The position numbers and the translations under genes were made by a program. From Takakia lepidozioides (taxonomy: Eukaryota; Plantae; Bryophyta), in NCBI GenBank assembly GCA_030704615.1, contig CM060732.1, positions 1,178,001 through 1,242,000 on the forward strand: DNA of 64,000 nucleotides, given 5' to 3'. Within the stretch, counting starts at the first letter, position 1. Each line of letters opens with the position of its first letter. Below the pieces are notes generated by a model, which saw nothing but the letters and a program-made list of their open reading frames with translations, was not told the DNA's origin and ran no database searches. This document shows, in pieces, positions 1 through 11,767 of this stretch.

Positions 1-3000
1 CGGTAGAGTTGTAATGTAGAGCAGATTAGAGGCTCCATGGCTTCAGCCTGATACTCGATAGATATTAATCTGATATATACTTCATACTCACACTGTGTAG
101 AGAGATCTGAGTGAAGCTGTGGAATGAATGGATGAGTTGATGGAATCCAAAAGATTGCTGAAGCAATCTGATACTTAAATATCAACAGTAAGGTAACTAG
201 CTAACATGAATACGGGAAGGAATACAAATAGGAAACACCCCCATGATACACTTGCTGTAGGTCATGACTGATTGTTCTGAGCGGGCTGAGTGCTTAGAGA
301 TTTCCAACTGGGAGACTGGGTCATGAACAACCAGATGTGACAGGCATCTGGTGGGATCATGGTGGTTGGAGAATTAAAGAATTTGATGTGAATCAAATTC
401 CTTGTGAAACTGAGAAGGAAAGATTGTCCAAACGATTCTTTCAGAGGTTCTTGGAATTGCCAGACGGTTGTAAGGAAAACATTCTTAAGAGAGTGCATGA
501 TGCTGACCCTGAGTGGGGTCTGGAGAAAGGAGTGATAAAGATTTATCAGGTGGCCTGTAGAGGAAGAGCACGTTGGTTACCAACACTGGTTATGTGATAG
601 CATTGCTATCCATTAAGCGAGTAGAGTTTGAAGGCTGGGAGGAAAGAAAGGTGAATGTTTATACTCATATGCATGAAGAGCTTGTACTGGTAAAGAATTG
701 GATTCCAAAGGATATTTTGTGGATCAAACTCACACCAAGAACAGCTTTCCAGACTTGTTTGCCATATGGTTATATGGTAACGGAGACTTCTAGTATAGCC
801 AAGGGTGCATTAAAGCTTGAAAGAAACCCAGGCATATACGAGAGATATTACAGAAGAGAGTTTTGGTTATTGCCACATTAAAAGAAATGAAAGACATGGG
901 ACATGAGTGATGAAAGAGAAGCTAGACTCCAGAGATATTCAGCAAAAAGAGAAAGCTATCTGAAAGCTAATTATCCATATCTTTGGGAGAGAAGAATAGA
1001 CATAGGGGAATCATCTGGACCTAAGTCACCATTAAGATCACAGAGTACATCACCCATATCGGAAGAACTAGAGTTGGATGCCACTCCTTCTTTTTCTTTG
1101 CAAGAAAGATTAAGGGAATTGGTACGGGAAGAAGATCAATCACGAGGTGGAAGAGCTGAGGTACATCCCTGGATAAAAGATTTGACAGAAATCTTTGATA
1201 AGAGTTGGCATGGAACACCAAAAGCAGGAACTCCAGTTTCTGAAGCGGAAGGTGAAGAAGGAGGAGAGGATGTGGCAGAGCCAACCGAGAGTTCAGACTC
1301 TCCAACACCATTGCAGTTGAGTTATATGAGTGAAGAAGAAACCCAAGGGCAGAACTTGGAGGATGAAAATAGAGAGAAGAAATTGGAAGAGGAAGAGTAT
1401 GAAGAAGTAGACCCAACAGCTGAGGTTGAGACTACAACCAGGACATCCCAACCCGTTGGACCTGGATCAAGTGGAGCACTTGGATCACAGGCCAACGAAG
1501 GTGTCGGCTCAGGGGGATCAGGCGGGCTGCCTGGATCTGGCTCTGGGGGGACAGGGAGTGTGGGAAGTAGTGCAACTGGAGCTGGGAATACTGTGAATAT
1601 CGTGGGACCAGTAGTAGGGACTGCTCAGGGGCCACCACTGGGTGGAAGATCCACCACAACTACAACAGGTCCTCAAGGACCAGCACCAGCAAGGGTGCCA
1701 GCACCTGTCAGTGGGCTGAAGGTAGGGCCACAGATGGCGTTACAACCAACACGGGCAAAACCACCTTTTCCAATATATTCAGGAAAATGGGATCTTGATG
1801 TACACATTAGCCAATTTGAGCACATGTGTATAATGAACAATGAGAATGACGATGATGCCAAGATGAGATTGTTTCCTTGTTCACTTATCAAGAAAGCAAG
1901 TGAATGGTATGCAAGATTCCCTGATAATCATTTCCTAACCTGGAATGGCTTGAATACAGCATTTCGAAATAGGTTCGGGACAAGTAAAACTGAGGATGAA
2001 GTGTATGGAAGTTTACAACAGTTAAAGCAAAAGAAGCATGAAACTGTTGAGGAGTATATGGAAAAGATGGAATTGATGATGAAAAAGCTGGCTGCTGTAC
2101 CAGCACCAGGTTTACAGAAGACTTGGTTTGTGAGTGAACTAAGACCAGAGTTGCAGAAGAAAATGGATATGTTACCCCATAATACAGTGGAGGAGGCATT
2201 TGAAACTGCAAACAGAATTGAGCAATTGGGAATGCTCAGGAGAGAGAAAAGGGATGATGAGGACTCTGAGGATGAGTTAGATGAAGAAGAAGAGCAAGAA
2301 CTGAAAATGAAGAGTAAGAGAAAGGAGAAGTTGAAGAGGGATAACTATGAGAAAAGATTAGAAGAAATCTTGAAGAAGTATGCCACAGAGGCTGCAACAC
2401 ATTGGAGGAAGGGTGTTTGGTGTGCAAAGTGCCAGAATGAAGGCCATACCACCACTGAATGCCACATGAAGGAGAAACACTGTACTATCTGTAACATGGA
2501 TAACCATTCTACTAAGAATTGTTACTACAACAGAAGGACAGCTGCAAGAGAACCTAGGCAAGTAAGGGTGCATCAAGTGCAACCCCAGCCAAGAAGAAAC
2601 AATGATCAGGACCACTATGGTAGGGCTGGTGGTTATAACAATGGCATGGAAGGGAGGGGTAATTCAAGAGGGAATTACCAAGGAAATTCCAGAGGCAACT
2701 ATCAGGGTAATCCAAGGGGGAATTACCAGCCAGGGAATCAGGATTACAGAAATAATCTCAGAGCAGACCAAGGGCGAGGACCCAATGGTGAAGAACTGTG
2801 TTACTATTGTAATCAGCCAGGACATCGCAAGGCAGCCTGTTCATTCTGGATTAGACACCAGAATGAGATGAGAGCTCCTGTGAATGAGGGCCCAGTGGTG
2901 GCAGCTCACATGGTTAGGCCATGTGTTGTACCAGAAGTAAGTACAATGATAGTAACAAGAAGCAAAGCCAAACTAATATCTCCAATAGTTGAGGAAGATG

Positions 3001-3302
3001 ATGATAATGAAGATGGCAGTGATATGCCTGAAGATGATGAGGCTTGGAGAGATGAGAAGGAACTGCACAAGGAAGTGGCAGATACCATAAGGGAAATGCA
3101 GAAGAGTACTGATATTCCTGTGGCAGATTCCTCTGATTCTGATGGAGAAGAAGAAGTGAGTGAGGATGAAAAGAAGAAAGAAGTTGCAGACATGCAAAGT
3201 AATGAAAGGACTTTGGCTGAAGTAATATGCCAGACCAAAGCAGAGATTACCATTGGACAGCTATTGGCTGTGGCACCTTATTGTAGACACAGGCTGTATC
3301 AA
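1..3302 (+). mobile_element. Ty3/Gypsy family 1, copy 1 (partial LTR, ORF0 remnants, gag), truncated
   Basis: Near-identical to revcomp of ~8650-12020 and to 30770-34140. Ends at ...GGCTGTATCAA, where it abuts an inverted copy. Confidence 0.92.
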
Positions 3303-3305
3303 TAA
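903..3305 (+). CDS. gag: Gag polyprotein (capsid-like domain plus three CCHC-type zinc knuckles), 3'-truncated
   Basis: Retrotrans_gag-like segment (KMRLFPCSL..ASEWY..TWNGLNTAFRNRF..LKQKKHETVEEY). Knuckles CAKCQNEGHTTTEC, CTICNMDNHSTKNC and CYYCNQPGHRKAAC. Confidence 0.88.
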   Translation: MSDEREARLQRYSAKRESYLKANYPYLWERRIDIGESSGPKSPLRSQSTSPISEELELDATPSFSLQERLRELVREEDQSRGGRAEVHPWIKDLTEIFDKSWHGTPKAGTPVSEAEGEEGGEDVAEPTESSDSPTPLQLSYMSEEETQGQNLEDENREKKLEEEEYEEVDPTAEVETTTRTSQPVGPGSSGALGSQANEGVGSGGSGGLPGSGSGGTGSVGSSATGAGNTVNIVGPVVGTAQGPPLGGRSTTTTTGPQGPAPARVPAPVSGLKVGPQMALQPTRAKPPFPIYSGKWDLDVHISQFEHMCIMNNENDDDAKMRLFPCSLIKKASEWYARFPDNHFLTWNGLNTAFRNRFGTSKTEDEVYGSLQQLKQKKHETVEEYMEKMELMMKKLAAVPAPGLQKTWFVSELRPELQKKMDMLPHNTVEEAFETANRIEQLGMLRREKRDDEDSEDELDEEEEQELKMKSKRKEKLKRDNYEKRLEEILKKYATEAATHWRKGVWCAKCQNEGHTTTECHMKEKHCTICNMDNHSTKNCYYNRRTAAREPRQVRVHQVQPQPRRNNDQDHYGRAGGYNNGMEGRGNSRGNYQGNSRGNYQGNPRGNYQPGNQDYRNNLRADQGRGPNGEELCYYCNQPGHRKAACSFWIRHQNEMRAPVNEGPVVAAHMVRPCVVPEVSTMIVTRSKAKLISPIVEEDDDNEDGSDMPEDDEAWRDEKELHKEVADTIREMQKSTDIPVADSSDSDGEEEVSEDEKKKEVADMQSNERTLAEVICQTKAEITIGQLLAVAPYCRHRLYQ

Positions 3306-4075
3306 TCTCTTCATCTCCTCTACCAGTGCGTTGTACATTATGTCCGCCCATGCTACCTCTTCTCCTCTCAGGACTTTGAGTATTTCCTCTGTGAAGGATC
3401 TGCTCAAATACTGTTGGTTCTGTTTCATGGCAAACTGAACGTTCAATACCTGGCCTACCTCCCTTAGCCCTGGGTACACGGCCTTGGTACAAGCATAACC
3501 CTGAGTTTTAAATAAACTCCCTTCTTGGAATAAGTCCCCTATTTGCAGTCTTGCCCTGTGCTCCTCCACATGCACCTGACCTGATGGCAATTCAAACAAT
3601 TGCTGTAGGTATAGGGGAGTAACTTCTAATTCAACTCCCTTCACCGTTGTTGCTCCTATCCTAGGCTCAAAGTTCTGCAAGAATTGTAACATGTACTGCC
3701 TATGGTGCAATGTCCAATCTTTGCTTTGCAATCCTTCTAATCGCAGCTCCTTCAGTAACTGTACCGCCTGTGGAGTAGCAATCGTTTCTTTCTGCAGGAT
3801 TGTGGTGCTCTTCACCTTGATTTCTTCCATTCCTCTCACTCTCTTCATTCTAGACCCACAGAAAGGTTTTGGCTGTAACAATTGAAGAAATGCTTGCAGG
3901 GCACAAAGCATAAACGTATGGTTGCCACAAAATGCTATGGGTAATTTCTTGTAAGCCTGCGGGGCTTGCAAGCATCGATTAAGAGAAAAGATACTCTTTG
4001 TTCTTCTATCCCCGTGCCACTGCGTAAGTAGTATCGCGAGCGTATAGTCTGTTAGTTCCTCCATAGCTTCAAAGC
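3303..4075 (-). CDS. 3' additional ORF of family 1, truncated at the junction
   Basis: MEELTDYTLAILLTQW...TVKGVELEVTPLYLQQLFELP. Degenerate homologue at 38531-40293. Confidence 0.55.
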
Positions 4076-4557
4076 TATAGCATTGATGGTCTGTCCTGTC
4101 GAGACGCCCGTTACTTGGAACGACGCCGACTCTTGCACTTAAAATCCCTCCAATTTCTTGATCCTGCTTCTGGCTTATGATTGGCTGTAACTGCTGTGAC
4201 TGGATTTTAGATTTAATTTCCTTCCATGGATTTTCCACTCTGTCCACTAGGATAGCACATGTGACATGGATTTCGCTTTTCGGTATTTTTAAAGGGTTCC
4301 GTTACCCTTTCCCCGTATTCATTAATGGGCCCATAATAAGTTAATGTGCCAGGTAGGTACTTTGACGGCCAATTTTGTCTTCTTCCTTGATGACACTTGC
4401 CTTTGCAATCCATGTCCGGCTGTGTGTCTCGCCCAGGCGTCCACGTGTCTATTTTTAAACGTGCCTCTGTCCAATTTTCCGCCGGCCACTCTCTGGATGT
4501 TAACCCACGTCCACTTGTCACTGATCCTATGGATTGTGTAACCCCAGTAGGCTGTGT

Positions 4558-7500
4558 TCAGTTGTGACAGGCTGTGTCATACTGTGGTACGTTGTGATAG
4601 GCTGTGTGGCACTGTGGTAAGTTGTGATAGGCTGTGACACGCTGTGGTAGGTTGTGATAGGCTGTGTGACACCGTGATGGGCTGTGATAGGCTGTGCCAC
4701 ACTGTGATGGGCTGTGATAGGCTATGTCGCGCCTTGATGGGTTGTGATAGGCTGTATCGCGCTTTGATGGGCTGTGATAGGCTGTGTCGCGCCTTGATGG
4801 GTTGTGATAGGCTGTGTCGCGCCTTGATGGGCTGTGATAGGCTGTGTCGCGCCTTGATGGGCTGTGATAGGCTGTGTCGCGCCGTGATGGGCTGTGATAG
4901 GCTGTGTCACGCTTGTACTGCCCGCCCTGGTCATATATGCTCGTCCTAGCGACAAGTGCTTCATACTCCGTTGGTATCACTGGCGCAGCCTGTGACTGCT
5001 TCTGCGTTTCAACATGCAAATCATGCTGCAATGGTTTGTCATGGATACCACTGTACCCCTTCAACTTATTGGCATTAACTCTTCCTAGCATCTCTTTGTT
5101 AATGGTTTGTAACATGGCGGTGTTGTTATCATACATCTTCTGTATGACATAAGGTCATTTCCATGGTGATTTAAGCTTAGAAGCTTTAATCTTTCCCTTC
5201 TTCTGCAACCAGAGAACCAAATCTCATGTCTTAAAAGTCTTTAACTTGCCTTCATCAAACTGTTCCTTTCTCTTCATCTGAATTCTGGTCATGTTATCAG
5301 CTGCATCAACACGTACTTCTTCCACATGGTATAATTCATGTTTCCTGACCTTAATTGAATCTTTTAATTCCATTCTCTTTCCCCATTCCGTTCTCATGGT
5401 AGGTAACAGGAATTCCACTGGAAGTAAAGTTTCCATACCATAAACTAATTGGAATGGTGTATACTTAGTGGTGACTTTATATGAAGTCATGTATGACCAC
5501 AAAGCTGTCAGCAGCTTTGTATCCCAATCCGTTCTGTTTGCATTGACTATCTTAGCCAAGATAGTACATAGTATTTTGTTGGTAGCCTCTGCCTGTCCAT
5601 TACCTTGTGGGTAATAGGTTGTGCTCTTCTTATGCACAATCATGAACTCCTTAGTTAATAATTCAATGGTCTCATTAATGAAGTGACTTCCCTGATCACT
5701 GATAAATTCCAAGGGACAGCCAAATCGTGTAAGTATGTTCTCATACAGGAACCTTGCTGTGGACTTGGCTGTGTTGTCCCTCAAAGCTTTAGCTTCCACC
5801 CACTTCGTAGTATAATCAGTGGCTGTAATTATGTACCTGTTCTATGTATTCTTGGCTGGTGGGTTAATTGGTCCAACAAAGTCTAGTCCCCATTTCTGAA
5901 ATGGTTCCGTAGGCATTGTAGGATGCAAAGCCATCTTCCCAGATCTCTGCAAAGGTCCTTGCCTCTGACATTCATCACAACTCTGACAATACTTGTGTAC
6001 ATCTTTGAACAAAGTAGGCCACCAGTAACCTGCCAGTAGTATCTTCCTACTAGTAGTCTCTTCTCCAAAATGACCTCCTGCCACTCCTTTATGAACTTCC
6101 TCCAAAACTTTATTAACTTCATGGTGGTATAAGCATCGCTTTAGCACTCCATCTGGTCCTAGCTTATACATTCTGCTTCCTACCATAGTGTAAGGTAGAG
6201 CCTTGATAGCAATTCTCTTTCTCTGCTCCTTTCCATAACTTGGTGGACACTGACCATGAGCAAGGTAGTATCTGATTGGCCACTGCCAATCTAACCAGTC
6301 ATCTGCACTTCCCTGCACCTGCACTGCAAATAGACTCGCATCTGATAATTGATCATCTATTCCCGTGGCTGGTTCTCCTGTTGATAACCGTGACAAGTGA
6401 TCCGCCACAAGATGTAGCCTCCCAGGCTTGTAAACAACCTCGAACTCAAACTCGTGCAAGATTATCAACCATCTTGCTATTCTTCCGCTTATCAGAGGTT
6501 TGTTTACCAGGTATATCAGAGCCTGGTGATCCACATAGAACATAAACTTCTTGCCCAACAGGTAATGCCTGAATTTCTTCACTGCATAGATCATTGCCAA
6601 TGCTTCTCTTTCCGTTGTGCTATAATTTCTTTCGGCATTGTTCATCAATCGGCTAGCATAGTACACAGGTGAATCTATCCTTCCTGTAACATTTTGGGCT
6701 AACACTGCTCCCAGTGCTTCTCCTGAAGCATCACAGTGAACATGAAATATTTCCTGCCAGTGAGGATTAATCAGCACAGGTGTAGTTGTTACTGACAATG
6801 TAAGTTCCTCGAAAGCCTGTTGACATTCAGGTGTCCATGCAAACACTGCATCTTTCTTCAGAAGTTTGCTCAATGGTGCTGCTATCTGTGCATACTGTCT
6901 GACAAATCTTCTGTAATAGCTGGTTTGTCCCAGGAATCTCCTTAGACTCTTAGCATTTACTGGTGGTGGAGAGGCTTTAATGGCCTCTGTCTTCTTGGGA
7001 TCCACAAGAAGTCCCCTCTTACACACAATGTGTCCCAGAAGCACCCCTGAGTTCACACAGAAAGTACATTTCTCTGGATTCAGGCCCAGACCTCTCATTC
7101 TGCATCTGGCCAGACATAACTCCAATTTATGCAAGTGTCATTCTTAGAGCTGTACACACTGAAATCATCCAAGAATACCTGCATGAAATCATCCAGATAC
7201 TCATGAAAAGATTCACTTATCACTCTCTGAAAGGTTGCTGGTGCATTACAAAGTCCAAAGGGCATGACTTTGTATGCATAAGCACCCCAGTCTGTGATGA
7301 AAGCTGTCTTTCCCTGGTCTTCTTCTGCCACTTGCACTTGATTATAACCACTGAAGCCATCCATGAATGGGTACATCTCATGGCCTGCCACAGTGTCCAA
7401 TACTGCTTCGGTGAATGGCAAGGGGAATACATCCTTCTTCGTGCAAGCATTCAACTTCTTATAGTTCACACAAACTCTTAGTTTACCATTCTTCTTGGGA

Positions 7501-8638
7501 ACTATCACAATGGGTGACCACCAAGTTGTATACTCTATTGGGTATATAAACTTAGCCTCAGGCAACTTCTTGATCTCTTCTCCAACCTTCTGTGCATAGT
7601 TGGGATTCATTCTGTACCTCGCCTGCTTGATTGGTACTGACCCTGGTTCCAGTTCAATCTTATGTCGACAGATCTCAGGTGGTATCCCTTTTAGATCCTC
7701 GTAGCTCCAAGCAAATACATCTCTGTATTTGATGAACAAACTCTTAGCTTCTTCAAAGAATTCTGGCTCCAAATCAGCTCCTACCTTCACCATCCTCGGT
7801 TCCCCTTCAGTTCCCACATTCACTTCCCTCACCTACTCATCAGCTGTGATTGTCCAACCAGTCACCACTTCATCCTGTAAACTCACAGTGGCTGGTTCCT
7901 CTAGGATTTCCATTTCTCCTTCTCTTTCTTCATAGAAATGTGATGGGTAACTACTGGTTTCCTCTTCAATTGGTGTTGCTGACACTACACCACAGCAGAT
8001 ACCTCTTAAACAACTTAGGCCTTCCAACCGCATCTCTGCAACCTGCTCCCACTCTGGGTGTGCAGCGAACAGGGTAGCTTCCTGCTCCTCATCCAGTCCT
8101 CCCCTCCAATCATACTCTCTGACCCCTCGAGGTCTTCTCGTAGCAGGTAATCTACTAGATTTCTTTGTGGTAATTTGTATCTCGTGCATCCCATTATGCA
8201 CGGTTAGTAACTGAGAATTCCAGTCATGGAATACCCTGGCCTGTTTCAGCCACGGACGTCCCAATAATAAGGAGTAAGCCTCCATGACTTCATCCATCTT
8301 CAACACAGTTACTGTGATCATAAAGATCATCTTCTGTATCTGTATCTTAACTCCTCTTATCAATCCCAATGGCTGTACACTTCTTTGATCTGCCATTGTT
8401 ACTTTAAATGGGGCTGGTTTCATGTTACTTAGACCAAGCTTCTTCCTTAATTGGTCTGTCATGATATTTACTCCAGAGCCTCCATCTATCAGTACATCAG
8501 TTAGTTCTGTGCTTCCAATTCTCAATTGGATTACTGGCATAGAATCATCAAAGTCATGACTGTTTCTTGCCCTTCCGGCTTCACATTATAACTGGTCACC
8601 TTGCTGTTCAGGTCTGTGTTTCCTGTCTCCTGGGCAAT
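4558..8638 (-). pseudogene. pol: pol (protease, RT, RNase H, integrase) with stops and frameshifts
   Basis: LIDGGSGVN (PR); MPFGLCNAPATFQR and FLDDF (RT); CDAS..EREALA (RH); H-H-C-C, WGLDFVG, SDQG and GQAEATN (INT). Confidence 0.93.
4560..4912 (-). repeat. 30-bp tandem repeat downstream of the integrase core (encodes TAYHSPSRRD)
   Basis: About 11 units of GACACAGCCTATCACAGCCCATCAAGGCGC. A shorter array occurs in copy 3 at ~37875-38058. Confidence 0.9.
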
Positions 8639-11050
8639 TCAATTGATTGCTTGATACAGCTTGTGTCTACAATAAGGTGCCACAGCCAATAGCTGTCCAA
8701 TGGTAATCTCTGCTTTGGTCTGGCATATTACTTCAGCCAAAGTCCCTTCATTACTTTGCATGTCTGCAACTTCTTTATTCCTTTCATCCTCACTCACTTC
8801 TTCTTTTCCATCAGAATCAGAGGAATCTGCCATAGGAATATCAGTACTCTTCTGCATTTCCCTTATGGTATCTGCCACTTCCTTGTGCAGTTCCTTCTCA
8901 TCTCTCCAAGCCTCATCATCTTCAGGCATATCACTGCCATCTTCATTATCATCATCTTCCTCAACTACTGGAGGTATTAGTTTGGCTTTGCTTCTTGTTA
9001 CTATCATTGTACTTACTTCTGGTACAACACATGGCCTAACCATGTGAGCTGCCACCACTGGGCCCTCATTCACAGGAGCTCTCATCTCATTCTGGTGTCT
9101 AATCCAGAACGAACAGGCTGCCTTGCGATGTCCTGGCTGATTACAATAGTAACACAGTTCTTCACCATTGGGTCCTCGCCCTTGGTCTGCTCTTGGATTA
9201 TTTCTGTAATCCTGATTCCCTGGCTGGTAATTCCCCCTTGGATTACCCTGATAGTTGCCTCTGGAATTTCCTTGGTAATTCCCTCTTGAATTACCCCTCC
9301 CTTCCATGCCATTGCTATAACCACCAGGCCTACCATAGTGGTCCTGATCATTGTTTCTTCTTGGCTGGGGTTGCACTTGATGCACCCTTACTTGCCTAGG
9401 TTCTCTTGCAGCTGTCCTTCTGTTGTAGTAACAATTCTTAGTAGAATGGTTATCCATGTTACAGATAGTACAGTGTTTCTCCTTCATGTGGCATTCAGTG
9501 GTGGTATGGCCTTCATTCTGGCACTTTGCACACCAAACACCCTTCCTCCAATGTGTTGCAGCCTCTGTGGCATACTTCTTCAAGATTTCTTCTAATCTTT
9601 TCTCATAGTTATCCCTCTTCAACTTCTCCTTTCTCTTACTCTTCATTTTCAGTTCTTGCTCTTCTTCTTCATCTGACTCATCCTCAGAGTCCTCATCATC
9701 CCTTTTCTCTCTCCTGAGCATTCCCAATTGCTCAATTCTGTTTGCAGTTTCAAATGCCTCCTCCACTGTATTATGGGGTAACATATCCACTTTCTTCTGC
9801 AACTCTGGTCTTAGTTCACTCACAAACCAAGTCTTCTGTAAACCTGGTGCTGGTACAGCAGCCAGCTTTTTCATCATCAATTCCATCTTTTCCATATACT
9901 CCTCAACAGTTTCATGCTTCTTTTGCTTTAACTGTTGTAAACTTCCATACACTTCATCCTCAGTTTTACTTGTCCCGAACCTATTTCGAAATGCTGTATT
10001 CAAGCCATTCCAGGTTAGGAAATGATTATCAGGGAATCTTGCATACCATTCACTTGCTTTCTTGATAAGTGAACAAGGAAACAATCTCATCTTGGCATCA
10101 TCGTCATTCTCATTGTTCACTATACACATGTGCTCAAATTGGCTAATGTGTACATCAAGATCCCCTTTTCCTGAATATATTGGAAAAGGTGGTTTTGCCC
10201 GTGTTGGTTGTAACGCCATCTGTGGCCCTACCTTCAGCCCACTGACAGGTGCTGGCACCCTTGCTGGTGCTGGTCCTTGAGGACCTGTTGTAGTTGTGGT
10301 GGATCTTCCACCCAGTGGTGGCCCCTGAGCAGTCCCTACTACTGGTCCCACGATATTCACAGTATTCCCAGCTCCAGTTGCACTACTTCCCACACTCCCT
10401 GTCCCCCCAGAGCCAGATCCAGGCAGCCCGCCTGATCCCCCTGAGCCGACACCTTCGTTGGCCTGTGATCCAAGTGCTCCACTTGATCTTGGTCCAACGG
10501 GTTGGGATGTCCTGGTTGTAGTCTCAACCTCAGCTGTTGGGTCTACTTCTTCATACTCTTCCTCTTCCAATTTCTTCTCTATATTTTCATCCTCCAAGTT
10601 CTGCCCTTGGGTTTCTTCTTCACTCATGTAACTCAACTGCAATGGTGTTGGAGAGTCTGAACTCTCTGTTGGCTCTGCCACATCCTCTCCTCCTTCTTCA
10701 CCTTCCGCTTCAGAAACTGGAGTTCCTGCTTTTGGTGTTCCATGCCAACTCTTATCAAAGATTTCTGTCAAATCTTTTATCCAGGGATGTACCTCAGATC
10801 TTTCACCTCGTGATTGATCTTCTTCCCGTACCAATTCCCTTAATCTTTCTTGCAAAGAAAAAGAAGGAGTGGCATCCAACTCTAGTTCTTCCGGTATGGG
10901 TGATGTACTCTCTGATCTTAATGGTGTGAGAGGTCCAGATGATTCCCCTATGTCTATTCCTCTCTCCCAAAGATATGGATAATTAGCTTTCAGATAGCTT
11001 TCTATTTTTGCTGAATATCTATGGAGTCTAGCTTCTCTTTCATCACTCAT
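8639..11050 (-). CDS. gag: Gag of copy 2; the stop is a CGA>TGA change relative to copy 3
   Basis: Same motifs as 903-3305. Copy 3 reads AINRIAQ through this codon. Confidence 0.88.
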   Translation of the reverse strand: MSDEREARLHRYSAKIESYLKANYPYLWERGIDIGESSGPLTPLRSESTSPIPEELELDATPSFSLQERLRELVREEDQSRGERSEVHPWIKDLTEIFDKSWHGTPKAGTPVSEAEGEEGGEDVAEPTESSDSPTPLQLSYMSEEETQGQNLEDENIEKKLEEEEYEEVDPTAEVETTTRTSQPVGPRSSGALGSQANEGVGSGGSGGLPGSGSGGTGSVGSSATGAGNTVNIVGPVVGTAQGPPLGGRSTTTTTGPQGPAPARVPAPVSGLKVGPQMALQPTRAKPPFPIYSGKGDLDVHISQFEHMCIVNNENDDDAKMRLFPCSLIKKASEWYARFPDNHFLTWNGLNTAFRNRFGTSKTEDEVYGSLQQLKQKKHETVEEYMEKMELMMKKLAAVPAPGLQKTWFVSELRPELQKKVDMLPHNTVEEAFETANRIEQLGMLRREKRDDEDSEDESDEEEEQELKMKSKRKEKLKRDNYEKRLEEILKKYATEAATHWRKGVWCAKCQNEGHTTTECHMKEKHCTICNMDNHSTKNCYYNRRTAAREPRQVRVHQVQPQPRRNNDQDHYGRPGGYSNGMEGRGNSRGNYQGNSRGNYQGNPRGNYQPGNQDYRNNPRADQGRGPNGEELCYYCNQPGHRKAACSFWIRHQNEMRAPVNEGPVVAAHMVRPCVVPEVSTMIVTRSKAKLIPPVVEEDDDNEDGSDMPEDDEAWRDEKELHKEVADTIREMQKSTDIPMADSSDSDGKEEVSEDERNKEVADMQSNEGTLAEVICQTKAEITIGQLLAVAPYCRHKLYQAIN

Positions 11051-11071
11051 GTCCCATGTCTTTCATTTCTT

Positions 11072-11767
11072 TTAATGTGGCAATAACCAAAACTCTCTTC
11101 TGTAATATCTCTCGTATATGCCTGGGTTTCTTTCAAGCTTCAATGCACCCTTGGCTATACTAGAAGTCTCCGTTACCATATAACCATATGGCAAACAAGT
11201 CTGGAAAGTTGTTCTTGGTGTGAGTTTGATCCACAGAATATCCTTTGGAATCCAATTCTTTACCAGTACAAGCTCTTCATGCTTATGAGTATAAACATTC
11301 ACCTTTATTTCCTCCCAACCTTCAAACTCTACTCGCTTAATGGATAGCAATGCTATCACATAAACCAGTGTTGGTAACCAACGTGCTCTTCCTTTACAGG
11401 CCACCTGATAAATCTTTATCACTCCTTTCTCCAGACCCCATTCAGGGTCAGCATCATGCACTATTTTAAGAATGTTTTCTTTACAACCGTCTGGCAATTC
11501 CAAGAACCTCTGAAAGAATCGTTTGGACAATCTTTCCTTCTCAGTTTCACAGGGAATTTGATTCACATCAAATTCTTTAATTCTCCATCCACCATGATCC
11601 CACCAGATGCCTGTCACATCTGGTTGTTCATGACCCAGTTCCCTAGTATGGTCGCCAAATGTCGAGCAGCTTTTATTCACCCATCCCTTCGCTATCCGAG
11701 GTGGGAACTCCAAGATAGAAGAGTTGGAAATCTCTAAGCACTCAGCCCACTCAGAACAATCAGTCAT
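11072..11767 (-). CDS. Extra ORF upstream of gag (ORF0), unknown function, 231 aa
   Basis: Open in copy 2. Frameshifted homologues at 263-881 and 31031-31746. Confidence 0.45.
   Translation of the reverse strand: MTDCSEWAECLEISNSSILEFPPRIAKGWVNKSCSTFGDHTRELGHEQPDVTGIWWDHGGWRIKEFDVNQIPCETEKERLSKRFFQRFLELPDGCKENILKIVHDADPEWGLEKGVIKIYQVACKGRARWLPTLVYVIALLSIKRVEFEGWEEIKVNVYTHKHEELVLVKNWIPKDILWIKLTPRTTFQTCLPYGYMVTETSSIAKGALKLERNPGIYERYYRREFWLLPH
11640..11657 (-). promoter_or_regulatory. Primer-binding-site-like sequence TGGCGACCATACTAGGGA (possibly tRNA-Arg)
   Basis: Directly follows ...CGACA-TT. Identical in copy 3 at 31141. The tRNA identity is inferred by resemblance only. Confidence 0.6.
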
